This document shows positions 7,808 through 16,820 of a DNA stretch of 30,566 nucleotides, piece by piece (within the stretch, counting starts at the first letter, position 1; each line of letters starts with the position of its first letter). Under the pieces are notes generated by a model, which saw nothing but the letters and a program-made list of their open reading frames with translations, made no database searches and was not told where the DNA came from. This stretch comes from an uncultured Planctomycetales bacterium. GTDB lineage: Bacteria > Omnitrophota > Gorgyraeia > Gygaellales > Profunditerraquicolaceae. The DNA is taken from contig CAZDUF010000004.1 in assembly GCA_964508555.1 (NCBI GenBank), forward strand, positions 1 through 30,566. The letters run 5' to 3'. The translations under genes and the position numbers were made by a program.

Positions 7808-10735
7808 TTAGTTTCCGGATGCGATAATCTCCTCCCCTGACGGAGAGAGGACTTTCGCGGTCACGAAGATCATCAGATTTTTGCGCTGCACGACGTCGGA
7901 ATCTTTCTTGAAAAGGTTCCCCAGGACGGGAAGACTCCCCAGAAGCGGAACCTTGGTCACGGTCTTGGTGCGGCTCTCCTTGACGAGACCGCCGAGAACG
8001 ACCGTGTCCGCGGAGTTGACGACGACGGTCGTCGAGAGATTACGCGAGGTGAACAACGGCAGCGTGACATTCCCGGAATACTGAAAGGCGTCGGCCGTGG
8101 CCTCGCTCACTTCGGGAATAAGTGACAGGTTGATGGTCTTGCGGTCTGCGCCGACGGTGGGAACCACTTTCAGGATGATGCCGACGTCCCTGCGCAGGAA
8201 ATCCTTGGGCACGTTCTGATAGGCGGTCTCCCCTGCGTCGTTAAAATCTCCGTCACCGTTCACGTCAAACTGCACGATCTCGAATTCATACCGCGTGGGA
8301 TAGATCCATTCGTCGACAACCTTGATCGACGCCATCTGGCTGTTCAGCGTCGTGATACGAGGACTCGAAAGGGTCTTTATGCGCTTGGTCTCCTCGAGGG
8401 CGTGCAGCACGACCTGGAATTGCGGATACGTGAGCACTCCCTTGTAGGTAAAATTCAACCCTTCCGACGCGCGCGTAAAGGACGTGAAATCGAACCCGCT
8501 GTTCGCTGCCAGCCCTTGCGCGAAGTTGCCGTCTTCCTTGTCGAAGGCGAAATCGTCGTTGAGCTTGAGCTCGATACCGAAATCCTTGGTATCGGTGATA
8601 TCGATCTCGATGAACCGCGCCTCGATCAACACCTGCACCGGCTCGATATCCAAAGAATACAGCATCTCCTCGAGCATCTGCAGATTCTGCGGCGTGTTAC
8701 GCGCAATCAGGGCATTAAGCCTTTTATCATAGGTAAGCTTGGCATCAGCCGGCCAGGCAACCACTTCTTTAAGTGTATCTTCAATGGTGTAAATCTTGTT
8801 GATCTGGGCGGACGATCCCCCCAGCCCGGTCGAGCCGCCGGAAACCGGCGTGAAATCGGTAAACAGTCCGCCGCCTCTCAAGAGATAATACACCCGCGTC
8901 TCCATGGCCTCGTTTGCGACCTCTTCGGGATCGGCGATCCAGACGATTTCCTTGTCGATGCGGTACACGAGGCCGAGGCTTTTGGTGAGGTACTTGATCA
9001 CTTCGATGATGTTGGCGTCGTCGAAGCGCGCGGTCACGGTGGGGTCGAGATTCAACACCTTCTGCGACGCGACAAAGTTTACCCCGGACTCCTGCGAGAG
9101 AAATTTGACGACAGATTTCAATCCTACCTTGTCGAAATCCATGGTCACGCGTTTCTCCTGGAGCTTTCTCCGGATAATCGGGGTTTCGATGAGAGGCGTC
9201 ACCGACTGTTTTTCTATCTTCTTCGGCGGGTCGACGTACGGAGGAATCTGCGTTTCATACACCTCGCGGATCATGGTGTCCTCCGTATGGACGATATCGG
9301 TCTTCAGCACACCTCTGGCCTGCTGTTCCTGAGCGGCGAGCTTCTTCTCACGCGCCTGCTCGATAAAACGCTTTGCCTCAGATGTGTACTTCGTGCGCGG
9401 ATTGCCTTCGAGAGAAACCACCCGCTCGAATCCTTTGATCGCCTCGTCATACATGCCTTCGTTATACAGGCGTTTGGACACCTGCCAGAGCGCATCCACC
9501 CTGCGCATCTTCTCCGCTTCATCGTGCGCCTTCATCGCCGCGTCAACGTCATCGGCAGCCAGGGCAACGCCGCGTTCCTGGCGGCCTTCATATACTTCTG
9601 CTATTTCCGCCCCATCGTCGTCAAGCAACGCGTCTTGTTCAGCCAATAATGCCTGTAAACGCCGCTGGCGATCGTCGGTCTTCGTCGCAGGCGCACTCCG
9701 TGGCGTGACCGTCCGTTCGTCCTTTGCCAAACGGCGCCGCTCGCGCAGAGCATCCTCTTTCTCCTGCAGCCGGTATTCTTCTTCCATCTGCTCTATCTCG
9801 GCGCGCCGCTTCTGCATCTTATCTTCGCGCTGGCGCAGCAAATCTTCTTCGCGCGCGGCGAGCATCTCTTCTTTGCGCATCTGCTCCTGGCGCAACTGTT
9901 CCATGCGCTCCTCGCGCGCGGCGCGCTCCGCGTCAAGCTTAGCCAGACGCTCGGCGTCTTTCTTCAAACGCTCGACGTCTTTAATCCGCTGCGCCTCCTG
10001 CGCATCAAGCAACGCCCGCTGCTTCTGGGCCTCCATCTCGGTGCGCTTCTGAATCTCGGCAATCTGCAGTCGCCGTTCCTCTTCTTTCTGTTTCAACTGC
10101 AGCTGCGCCTCCCGGGCCTTGCGGTCGGCTTCTTTTCGGGCGCTCTCAATCTCAAGTTTCAATTTGCGTTCCCGTTCTTCAATCTCTTTTTTACGCTGCG
10201 TAACCGCCGTCTGACGCTCGAGCTCAAGCTTTCGCACAAGCTGCGTGCGCTCCAGTTCACGCTGTTTCGCCGCCTTCTGCGCCTCATCCTGCAGCTGCTT
10301 CAGTCGGGCTTCTTTTTCCGCTGTTTCTTTGGCACGCGCGGACGCGCTTTCACTCAGCATGCTCGTGAGATTGCTGTCGGCAGCGGGCACGGCAGTCTTG
10401 ATACAGGACTCGCTCGGAGGCTTGGTGCCGATCTTGGCAAGCAGATTCTCGGCATCTACGCGCGTCGGTTTGTATCCCTTGCCCTCGCGCCATTGCCGCA
10501 AAGAACTATCGGTATTCAGAACCGCAAGCACATAATTGAGTTTCTCGCGCGCGCGGTCGTAACAGCCCTTCTGGTAGAAAATCAACGCCTCACGATATGC
10601 GCTGTCGACTCCCTGGCTCGCTTCGAGCACGCGGTCGTCTTGCACGTCGTACGCACCTGCGAACCCGAACACACCCGCCATCAGGCACGCGACACACAGA
10701 CTGACACACGTTTTGCCCATGGAATATCTAGCCAT
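7808..10735 (-). CDS. gspD: Secretin (GspD/PilQ family) with long N-terminal coiled coil
   Basis: C-terminal secretin motifs QVLIEARFIE, TLSSPRITTLN, DVGIILKVVP, DTVVLGGLV, KVPLLGSLPVLGNLFK, LMIFVTA; N0/N3-like domains; signal peptide. Confidence 0.92.
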   Translation of the reverse strand: MARYSMGKTCVSLCVACLMAGVFGFAGAYDVQDDRVLEASQGVDSAYREALIFYQKGCYDRAREKLNYVLAVLNTDSSLRQWREGKGYKPTRVDAENLLAKIGTKPPSESCIKTAVPAADSNLTSMLSESASARAKETAEKEARLKQLQDEAQKAAKQRELERTQLVRKLELERQTAVTQRKKEIEERERKLKLEIESARKEADRKAREAQLQLKQKEEERRLQIAEIQKRTEMEAQKQRALLDAQEAQRIKDVERLKKDAERLAKLDAERAAREERMEQLRQEQMRKEEMLAAREEDLLRQREDKMQKRRAEIEQMEEEYRLQEKEDALRERRRLAKDERTVTPRSAPATKTDDRQRRLQALLAEQDALLDDDGAEIAEVYEGRQERGVALAADDVDAAMKAHDEAEKMRRVDALWQVSKRLYNEGMYDEAIKGFERVVSLEGNPRTKYTSEAKRFIEQAREKKLAAQEQQARGVLKTDIVHTEDTMIREVYETQIPPYVDPPKKIEKQSVTPLIETPIIRRKLQEKRVTMDFDKVGLKSVVKFLSQESGVNFVASQKVLNLDPTVTARFDDANIIEVIKYLTKSLGLVYRIDKEIVWIADPEEVANEAMETRVYYLLRGGGLFTDFTPVSGGSTGLGGSSAQINKIYTIEDTLKEVVAWPADAKLTYDKRLNALIARNTPQNLQMLEEMLYSLDIEPVQVLIEARFIEIDITDTKDFGIELKLNDDFAFDKEDGNFAQGLAANSGFDFTSFTRASEGLNFTYKGVLTYPQFQVVLHALEETKRIKTLSSPRITTLNSQMASIKVVDEWIYPTRYEFEIVQFDVNGDGDFNDAGETAYQNVPKDFLRRDVGIILKVVPTVGADRKTINLSLIPEVSEATADAFQYSGNVTLPLFTSRNLSTTVVVNSADTVVLGGLVKESRTKTVTKVPLLGSLPVLGNLFKKDSDVVQRKNLMIFVTAKVLSPSGEEIIASGN

Positions 10736-10737
10736 GA

Positions 10738-11820
10738 TTACTCATCCTCCCGTTTGATCACGGTCAAGAAATTATCGCTTCCTTCAAGGATAACTTCAGT
10801 CTCCGAGAAATTTTTCAGGCGGAAATTATCGAACCGATCTCCCACCGACAGAAAAAGCGTCTCCTTGCGCATCGCATCTTCGATCACCGCTACCTGCTTG
10901 GTGCGCAGGAGCGCCCGCCCCTTGTAGAAAAACCGCTGCGCGGGCTTTTCTTCCTCCGGAGGCTGCGTCACGTCCTCCTCGACACCCGTCTGTTTCACCG
11001 GTATGAGAAACGGGCTTTTGCTGCGCAAGAGCGACACCGCAGTGTCGATCCCCGCGGGATACGATTCATCGGGGACCTGCGCCACGGTTATCTTTCCGTC
11101 TATTCCTTGTATATCAGACAAAGAAACGCTTAATGTCGAATATTTCAGCGAGACGTACACGCTCTCCGGCTCGACCCGGACTTTAAGCGCCTGGCTGCAC
11201 AGTTTCGGAACGATCCCGTTCATGCGGATCAGAAAATCCATCACCGTCGCGTGCGGAAACGCCAATTCCATTTCGGCGGGAACTTCGCGGGTGTCGGGCA
11301 GCGCGCTCTCTTTTGTCGGAGGAAGCGGTTTTGCCAGCGACACGTCGGCTCCCGACGCGACGGCCAACTCGGCGACTGAACGCATCGCGTAGAGCTGTCC
11401 CAGAAGCAGCGCCGCATCCGACTCAGACGGAAGTTTATCCGTGAACGAGAAACCGGAAAAATCCGTTTGCCGGGAATCAGCAAGGGCTTTTAATTCGGTT
11501 GAGGAGCGGTTCAACTCCTCGGCGAAGAGAATGCTCATATCGTAATTCGAGCGCGTCCATTTCGCGCGCGGGTCAAACAGCGCGCCGAGAGCTGCAAGGC
11601 GGACCGCGCTCGATGAAACCGCGGCGCGCAGGTCAACGACTTTCTTTTCGCTAAAGGCCCCGAGCGCGTCATCGAGCTGCGCGGCGCTGGCGGCTGCGCG
11701 GCGCGCGTACGCTTCCTCGCGCGCGCGCAGCACAAACGCGCTCAGGCACAGGCAGAGTACAACCGCGAGTAACGGCTTCCATGCAGGGGCGCGCGCGGTA
11801 GCAGCAGAAGCGGCGATCAT
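10738..11820 (-). CDS. PilO-like protein with C-terminal PilP/GspC-like domain
   Basis: N-terminal TM helix, helical linker, ferredoxin-like PilO pattern (EMELAFPHATVMDFLIRMN...LKVRV), Pro/Glu linker, then YKGRAL...AVIED...FLSVGDRF...VIL. Position between the pilMN-like gene and the secretin. Confidence 0.55.
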   Translation of the reverse strand: MIAASAATARAPAWKPLLAVVLCLCLSAFVLRAREEAYARRAAASAAQLDDALGAFSEKKVVDLRAAVSSSAVRLAALGALFDPRAKWTRSNYDMSILFAEELNRSSTELKALADSRQTDFSGFSFTDKLPSESDAALLLGQLYAMRSVAELAVASGADVSLAKPLPPTKESALPDTREVPAEMELAFPHATVMDFLIRMNGIVPKLCSQALKVRVEPESVYVSLKYSTLSVSLSDIQGIDGKITVAQVPDESYPAGIDTAVSLLRSKSPFLIPVKQTGVEEDVTQPPEEEKPAQRFFYKGRALLRTKQVAVIEDAMRKETLFLSVGDRFDNFRLKNFSETEVILEGSDNFLTVIKREDE

Positions 11821-13274
11821 GTGGATATCCCCTGCCGGCGCCGCATATCGAATCTGATTTTGAATTCGATTGCCGCTTGCTCATCCTGTGCCGCGCCTGC
11901 TCCTCCGTTTCCTCCGGAACCGGAGGAAACGACCTTGACGTCGCTGACCGATTCCGTGCCGCGCAACTTCACGATGAACTGGTTGATCTCGTTGTAATCG
12001 GCAGAGGTGCCGCTGATGTACAACTCTAATCCTTTTTCCCCTTCTTTGAGCTCAAACTCCTTGATCTCGATGCCGGTTGACGCCCCTGCGGAAACAGCGG
12101 CCATCGCTTTCAGGAACAGTTCCTGGTTATCGATCTTCGACTGCAGGAATTGCGTCGCCGCGTCGAGGCGAGCTTTCTTCTCTTTGAGATTCTTGATCTC
12201 GGGAATATACGCCGCAGCCTGCGCGCATGTGCGGGCGGCACGCGAACGCGCATCCTGCAGACGGAACACGGAACGCACGTTCACGAATACGAGCCCCGCG
12301 CACGCCGCGGCCAGAGAATACACCGCGAGTTTTTCAGCGTAATTGATGCGGCTGGCGATCCGCTCCGTGCGCACCTGTTCGCCGATCAGGTTCACGTACA
12401 CAGTCGACGACGCGCGAAGGCACGTCAGCCCGTAACCGATGCTGGAACCGATGGAATACGGATCGGACGGCAACACGGCTTTCGGGCAGGAAATTTTACG
12501 CAAGGGGTTAACCTGAATAATTTCGCAGCCGGGGAAATGTTCCCGCAACGCGCTCACGATCGATGCGGGATAATTCGCTCCGCTTAAATACACGCGCATC
12601 GAAGACTTCGACGACTTGGACGGATTCTGCAGATAATGCGTGTTGACCACGCGTTTGACTTCCTGCAGAAACGCATCCGAAGACTGCGCGTTGTCGGTGA
12701 GCGAGCTTCTGCCGATAGGAAGCGGATATGTCCAAAGCCTCCTGTCTTCATGAAACATGATATCGGATACGCGGCCGCGCATATTTAATAAAAGAAACTT
12801 TCCCTTCTCACCGTAATTGTGCAGAATCAGATTATACAATCCGTACGCCGCGGGTACGACTCCGGACACGGAGAATCCCGCAGAGGACAGGCGCGTGCGC
12901 GTCTCTTCGACAATCTCTCTGCGCGCGGCAACAAGCGTGATCACCGGTCCCGAAGGCACCACCTGCCAGAAGCATTCATCGAGTTTGAGCGGCAGGTTCA
13001 GTTTCTGGAGCGCGGGAAGGATGTCCCTGCGAACATCGCGAGCGCGGGAAAGCGCAGGAGTCGACTGGATATGTTTTAAGAAAAGACTCGGAACCGGAAG
13101 GCTCGTGACCGTTACCTGATTTTTGTTGACGTTCAGCGCGGAAAGATTTTCTGCGGAAGGGACAACATGCTGCGAAGTCAATACCACCTTGTTGTGGCGC
13201 AGGCTGAGCTCAGTCACGACAGTCGCGTCACTATCTATATCAATGCTCAAAATTGTCTTTGGTTTTAAGCCCAT
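11817..13274 (-). CDS. pilM: PilM-PilN-like fusion (pilus assembly/alignment protein)
   Basis: ILSIDID start, actin-like region (FLLLNMRGRVSDIMF, RVYLSGA, GSSIGYGL), VNLIG, TM helix, coiled coil, PilN-like LYISGTSADYNEINQFIVKL. Start placed at ATG 13274; 13325 is also possible. Confidence 0.7.
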   Translation of the reverse strand: MGLKPKTILSIDIDSDATVVTELSLRHNKVVLTSQHVVPSAENLSALNVNKNQVTVTSLPVPSLFLKHIQSTPALSRARDVRRDILPALQKLNLPLKLDECFWQVVPSGPVITLVAARREIVEETRTRLSSAGFSVSGVVPAAYGLYNLILHNYGEKGKFLLLNMRGRVSDIMFHEDRRLWTYPLPIGRSSLTDNAQSSDAFLQEVKRVVNTHYLQNPSKSSKSSMRVYLSGANYPASIVSALREHFPGCEIIQVNPLRKISCPKAVLPSDPYSIGSSIGYGLTCLRASSTVYVNLIGEQVRTERIASRINYAEKLAVYSLAAACAGLVFVNVRSVFRLQDARSRAARTCAQAAAYIPEIKNLKEKKARLDAATQFLQSKIDNQELFLKAMAAVSAGASTGIEIKEFELKEGEKGLELYISGTSADYNEINQFIVKLRGTESVSDVKVVSSGSGGNGGAGAAQDEQAAIEFKIRFDMRRRQGIST

Positions 13275-13406
13275 CGCCGCCTTTCGTATTCGCCGCGTGA
13301 ACCGTGACGCATCAACCAAACACATTGCGCGCATCAATGAGCGAAGTATGCTGCGCGCTTCAATCTGTCAACGAACTGAGTCTTATCCTCCTATATATAT
13401 TATTTA

Positions 13407-13436
13407 TTATTAAAACATGGTTCCGGAATTTGTCAA
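13407..13436 (-). promoter_or_regulatory. Candidate sigma70 promoter for the pilM-secretin-gspE operon
   Basis: Perfect TTGACA (13436-13431) followed by an AT-rich tract; the -10 hexamer is ambiguous. Confidence 0.4.
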
Positions 13437-13705
13437 TACATCTTTGCAAGTAATCGCGCTCATTTTTTTAGACGCGATACAGCATACACCAACAACCCGG
13501 TACACTTCACACAATCCATGGACAGCATATCGAGATACGGTGGTCGCAACAGTCAACGCATCTCACATCAAGAGAATGGATGCACAGAATCGCGCGCAGC
13601 GCGCATGTTGACAGTCTGAAATGCTGACATGTCGAATTGGTGCTGGCAGCTTGTTATCACGCACTGCATTTCACAGAGATTTAACTTATTGATAAATAAT
13701 ATTTT

Positions 13706-16420
13706 TCATTCCTTAACTAAACCGCCACGATCATAGATAATTCGGATACTCTCTGTTGCCGACGTCTTATCACGCACCAGATACTCTCCCCTGCTCTTGA
13801 GCTCATATACATCAGAGCGCACCGTAAGACGCGAGTGCATGCCAAGAAACGCAGGGTTCAGAAGTATTAGGTCGCCGACTCCCAGAAGGTCGCCGTTGCG
13901 GTTACCAAGCGGCCGGTTCTCAAGCACCGCCTGCACGAGCGAGCCGTCGTTGAAAACGCTCTTCAATACCTGCGTGGTTGCAGTGTTGACATTGATGCGC
14001 CCGGCCACTGAAAGCACCGGCTCAAGAATTATTTTTTCCAGCGCGATTTTTTTGCCGGATGTGTTTTCGATACGCACATAAAGACTTCCCTTGTCAGCGC
14101 CGCTTATCTGGGCCATGCCGTAATGCAATCTGTTTTCGCGAAAGGCAAGACTCAAATTCGCACCCGGAGATTCCGTTTGCGCTACGCTCACAAGCACCGA
14201 AATATCGGAGACATCCTCTCCTTCGATACTGACCCAGTACGCGGCAGCAGGAACCGCATCGAATTTCCATTCGTGCGATGCGCCGGCATCCATTTCAACG
14301 GCGCTCCCCTCCTGCCCCGAGAACCAGAGTTCCTGAACGCCGTATGCGAAGGAATCGCACACCAGCGCGCAATCGCGCGCGTCAAACCTCTCCCATTCGA
14401 CGCCGTTTGATATCTGCACGAGCTCGCTCAAATCTTGCAACGGCCTGTTGAATAATTTAATCTGCGCGGGGCTATGCTTCGTCAATCCTCCCTGCTGCGT
14501 GTACATGCCCAGATTCTCATTGGTTGCACCAGGAGTCGCGAGCGATTTGGCCGAAGAAAAATACCAGCCGTCTACCAGACCGTCTTTATCCGCGTCAACG
14601 CGCGAGGCAGGGTCTGAGCGTTCGATGCTGATAAAAGGCATGACCATCGTTGCGGCATATTCGGCCGCATCGATTGTCCTCCCGTTTTTGTTTTTCAAAA
14701 CCACAATGCCGCCGGCATCGGGAAAGAGATCGAACGTGCGGTCAATGACCGGTTCATACGCTCCGAAATCGGGATGCCGCGCGCCGAAACCCCAGGCGTT
14801 CCTGAACGACACGCCGTTGCCTCTGAGCTTGCCAGGCGCCTCAGAACCGTCGTCGTTATCCGTTGCCAGCACCAGGTGCTGAAACGGCTGCACCACGGTA
14901 TTCTCTCCGACGACTGCCGGGTACCCTTTCACCAGTTCGCCCTCGGGCGTCATCACCTCAAGAGAACAGCCGCCGATGTCAACCGGCTGCGATGACAGAT
15001 TGATCAACTCGATGAACTCGGCATCAGGCTGGCGCGAGAGCCTGATCCCGCCGAAGAGGGCCTGTTTCACCGGATCGTTATTCACGACGCTGACCTGAAT
15101 GATTCCCGTTTCGCCGAGCGAGACAGCAGATGAAAGAAAATCTCCCGCTGACAAATCCTTTCCTGAGACGCCGGCGCAGGTGACGTCTCCCACGTAACCG
15201 CCGGGCGATCCTGAAAGCACCATGACGTGATACTTGCCTTGCGGCAGATGCGCCGCGTTAAACGTGAATTCCCCCCGCTCTCCCTTTCCCAGCGCGAGCG
15301 TCGCCGTGAAATCCTGCCAGGGAGCCGGCATGATCTCGTTAATAGCGATCGCCTCGCTTCCCGCCGCAACGCTGCGCGACATACCCTGCGCCGCGCCTGC
15401 CTCGACAAGACGCAGGTGCGAAAACACGCTTTCGCCGTCAGACGCCGGAGCAATCGTCATCGTAAACCCTCCACCCGACACACTCACCTTCTGCGCCAGT
15501 TTCTCCGCATGCTTATACACCTGCCCCTGAATGCTGCCGATGGTATCGTTCGACGAGCTTGCGTACACAAAACAATCATACTCCCCGTCAGCAATCGCCA
15601 GGTTCGACCAGTGAAACACGCCGGCAAGAGAACCGGCGACGGCGCGGTACACATCGCCCGTAAACTGCCACCCTCCCTGATCGATCATGCCCGACGGCGT
15701 GACTTTCGAAAGAAGCGACTCGACAAACTGGGTCTGGCTCAAATCCTCATCGCCGGCATCAACAACGAGCGCGGCTTTCTGCCGCGCGTCCTCGATGCCG
15801 CGGTCGAGAAATACGTCCAGAATCAGCTGCGCGTTCGCTGAATTCAGATACGGCCTGCGGTTATTCTTCAGATCGAATTCCCTGTCCCGGGAATACACGG
15901 TTACGTACGGAATCAGTGACGCGGTCTCATTCGTGCCGAGGACTCTGCTTAATTCTTCGACAGCGCGATACGGACGGCCGGCAATAATCGATGCGGCGCG
16001 TGACGGGTCGAGGCTGCATTCTGAAAGGAGGTTCGCGAGTTCCTGCTCGCTGCAGACGTTCAGATGGAGTTTCCCTGCCTCATCCGACACGCTGATGCTG
16101 AATCTGCCGAACCTGTTTCCCGAGGCGTCCCTGACTTCAAACCATCGCTCCCCGGCAAAATGGGAAAAAGACACATCATCAAGCGAATCGATGGCATTGA
16201 GCTTCTTCTCCGTCTGCAGCACCTCCTGCGCGTAGACGATTCCCGCTTCAGCAATGTATCGCGAGCGGACCGCGTCCAGATGCTTGACTGCCGCGAACTG
16301 CTCCTGTTGAGCGAGCATAAAGAAAGCGATGCCGATAACGAAGAACATCGCAAGAAACGCAATCACGATGATCAGCGCCTGAGATTTATTGCTGTATATA
16401 CGTAATGAACTTCTCGGCAT
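13706..16420 (-). CDS. gspK: GspK/PilX-like large minor pseudopilin with helix-hairpin-helix motifs, lamin-tail domain and beta-sandwich modules
   Basis: KSQA|LIIVIAFL pilin-like helix without E+5, SRYIAEAGI, SVSDEAGKLHLN, PYVTVYS, RINVNTAT, LTVRSDVYELKSRG; LTD motifs INEIM and EFIELIN. Confidence 0.75.
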   Translation of the reverse strand: MPRSSLRIYSNKSQALIIVIAFLAMFFVIGIAFFMLAQQEQFAAVKHLDAVRSRYIAEAGIVYAQEVLQTEKKLNAIDSLDDVSFSHFAGERWFEVRDASGNRFGRFSISVSDEAGKLHLNVCSEQELANLLSECSLDPSRAASIIAGRPYRAVEELSRVLGTNETASLIPYVTVYSRDREFDLKNNRRPYLNSANAQLILDVFLDRGIEDARQKAALVVDAGDEDLSQTQFVESLLSKVTPSGMIDQGGWQFTGDVYRAVAGSLAGVFHWSNLAIADGEYDCFVYASSSNDTIGSIQGQVYKHAEKLAQKVSVSGGGFTMTIAPASDGESVFSHLRLVEAGAAQGMSRSVAAGSEAIAINEIMPAPWQDFTATLALGKGERGEFTFNAAHLPQGKYHVMVLSGSPGGYVGDVTCAGVSGKDLSAGDFLSSAVSLGETGIIQVSVVNNDPVKQALFGGIRLSRQPDAEFIELINLSSQPVDIGGCSLEVMTPEGELVKGYPAVVGENTVVQPFQHLVLATDNDDGSEAPGKLRGNGVSFRNAWGFGARHPDFGAYEPVIDRTFDLFPDAGGIVVLKNKNGRTIDAAEYAATMVMPFISIERSDPASRVDADKDGLVDGWYFSSAKSLATPGATNENLGMYTQQGGLTKHSPAQIKLFNRPLQDLSELVQISNGVEWERFDARDCALVCDSFAYGVQELWFSGQEGSAVEMDAGASHEWKFDAVPAAAYWVSIEGEDVSDISVLVSVAQTESPGANLSLAFRENRLHYGMAQISGADKGSLYVRIENTSGKKIALEKIILEPVLSVAGRINVNTATTQVLKSVFNDGSLVQAVLENRPLGNRNGDLLGVGDLILLNPAFLGMHSRLTVRSDVYELKSRGEYLVRDKTSATESIRIIYDRGGLVKE

Positions 16421-16820
16421 AGGAGGTTCCCCGCAGCGAAAAAATCACGGTCAATTCCACATGGTACAGCGTTACGCCGGGATCCATGGTATTCGGTGAA
16501 ACGGACATGGCCCAGGAAATACCCTGTGACTCACCCTTCGTGGTGCCGGCAGACGGCCGCTCCAGGCTCTTGAGCTCTTCGAGTTTCTGCTGGGCTACTT
16601 GGGTAACGAGATTGATCTTACGGCTATAAGCGAAAGAGTGCCACGCAGAAGGAAAAATATTAAACAGGCTGATAATGCCCAGAGCAAGGACGCTCAAGGC
16701 GATAAGTATCTCGACTAACGTAAACGCTGTTTTTTTAAATGGTTTCGCTCCTGAATGAATGCTGGAGGGTGGTCTGCTCTTTGCCGCTGCCGCCGTGAGC
16801 TTACCGGCGGCAGGCATCAT
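16386..16820 (-). CDS. GspI/PilV-like minor pseudopilin
   Basis: KKTA|FTLVEILIALSVLALGI; AQQKLEELK; short beta-rich C-terminus; ATG overlaps the gspF stop. Confidence 0.8.
   Translation of the reverse strand: MMPAAGKLTAAAAKSRPPSSIHSGAKPFKKTAFTLVEILIALSVLALGIISLFNIFPSAWHSFAYSRKINLVTQVAQQKLEELKSLERPSAGTTKGESQGISWAMSVSPNTMDPGVTLYHVELTVIFSLRGTSYAEKFITYIQQ

Noticed and set aside
8402-9649. 415-aa plus-strand ORF
   Set aside because: Shadow of the secretin gene; no motifs or RBS, and long antisense frames are expected in GC-rich genes.
11686-11800. CG-dinucleotide runs as a Z-DNA or regulatory signal
   Set aside because: Explained by Ala/Arg codons in a GC-rich coding region.
13417-13611. 64-aa plus-strand ORF in the intergenic gap
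   Set aside because: No RBS, no motifs, opposite to all neighbours; cannot be supported.
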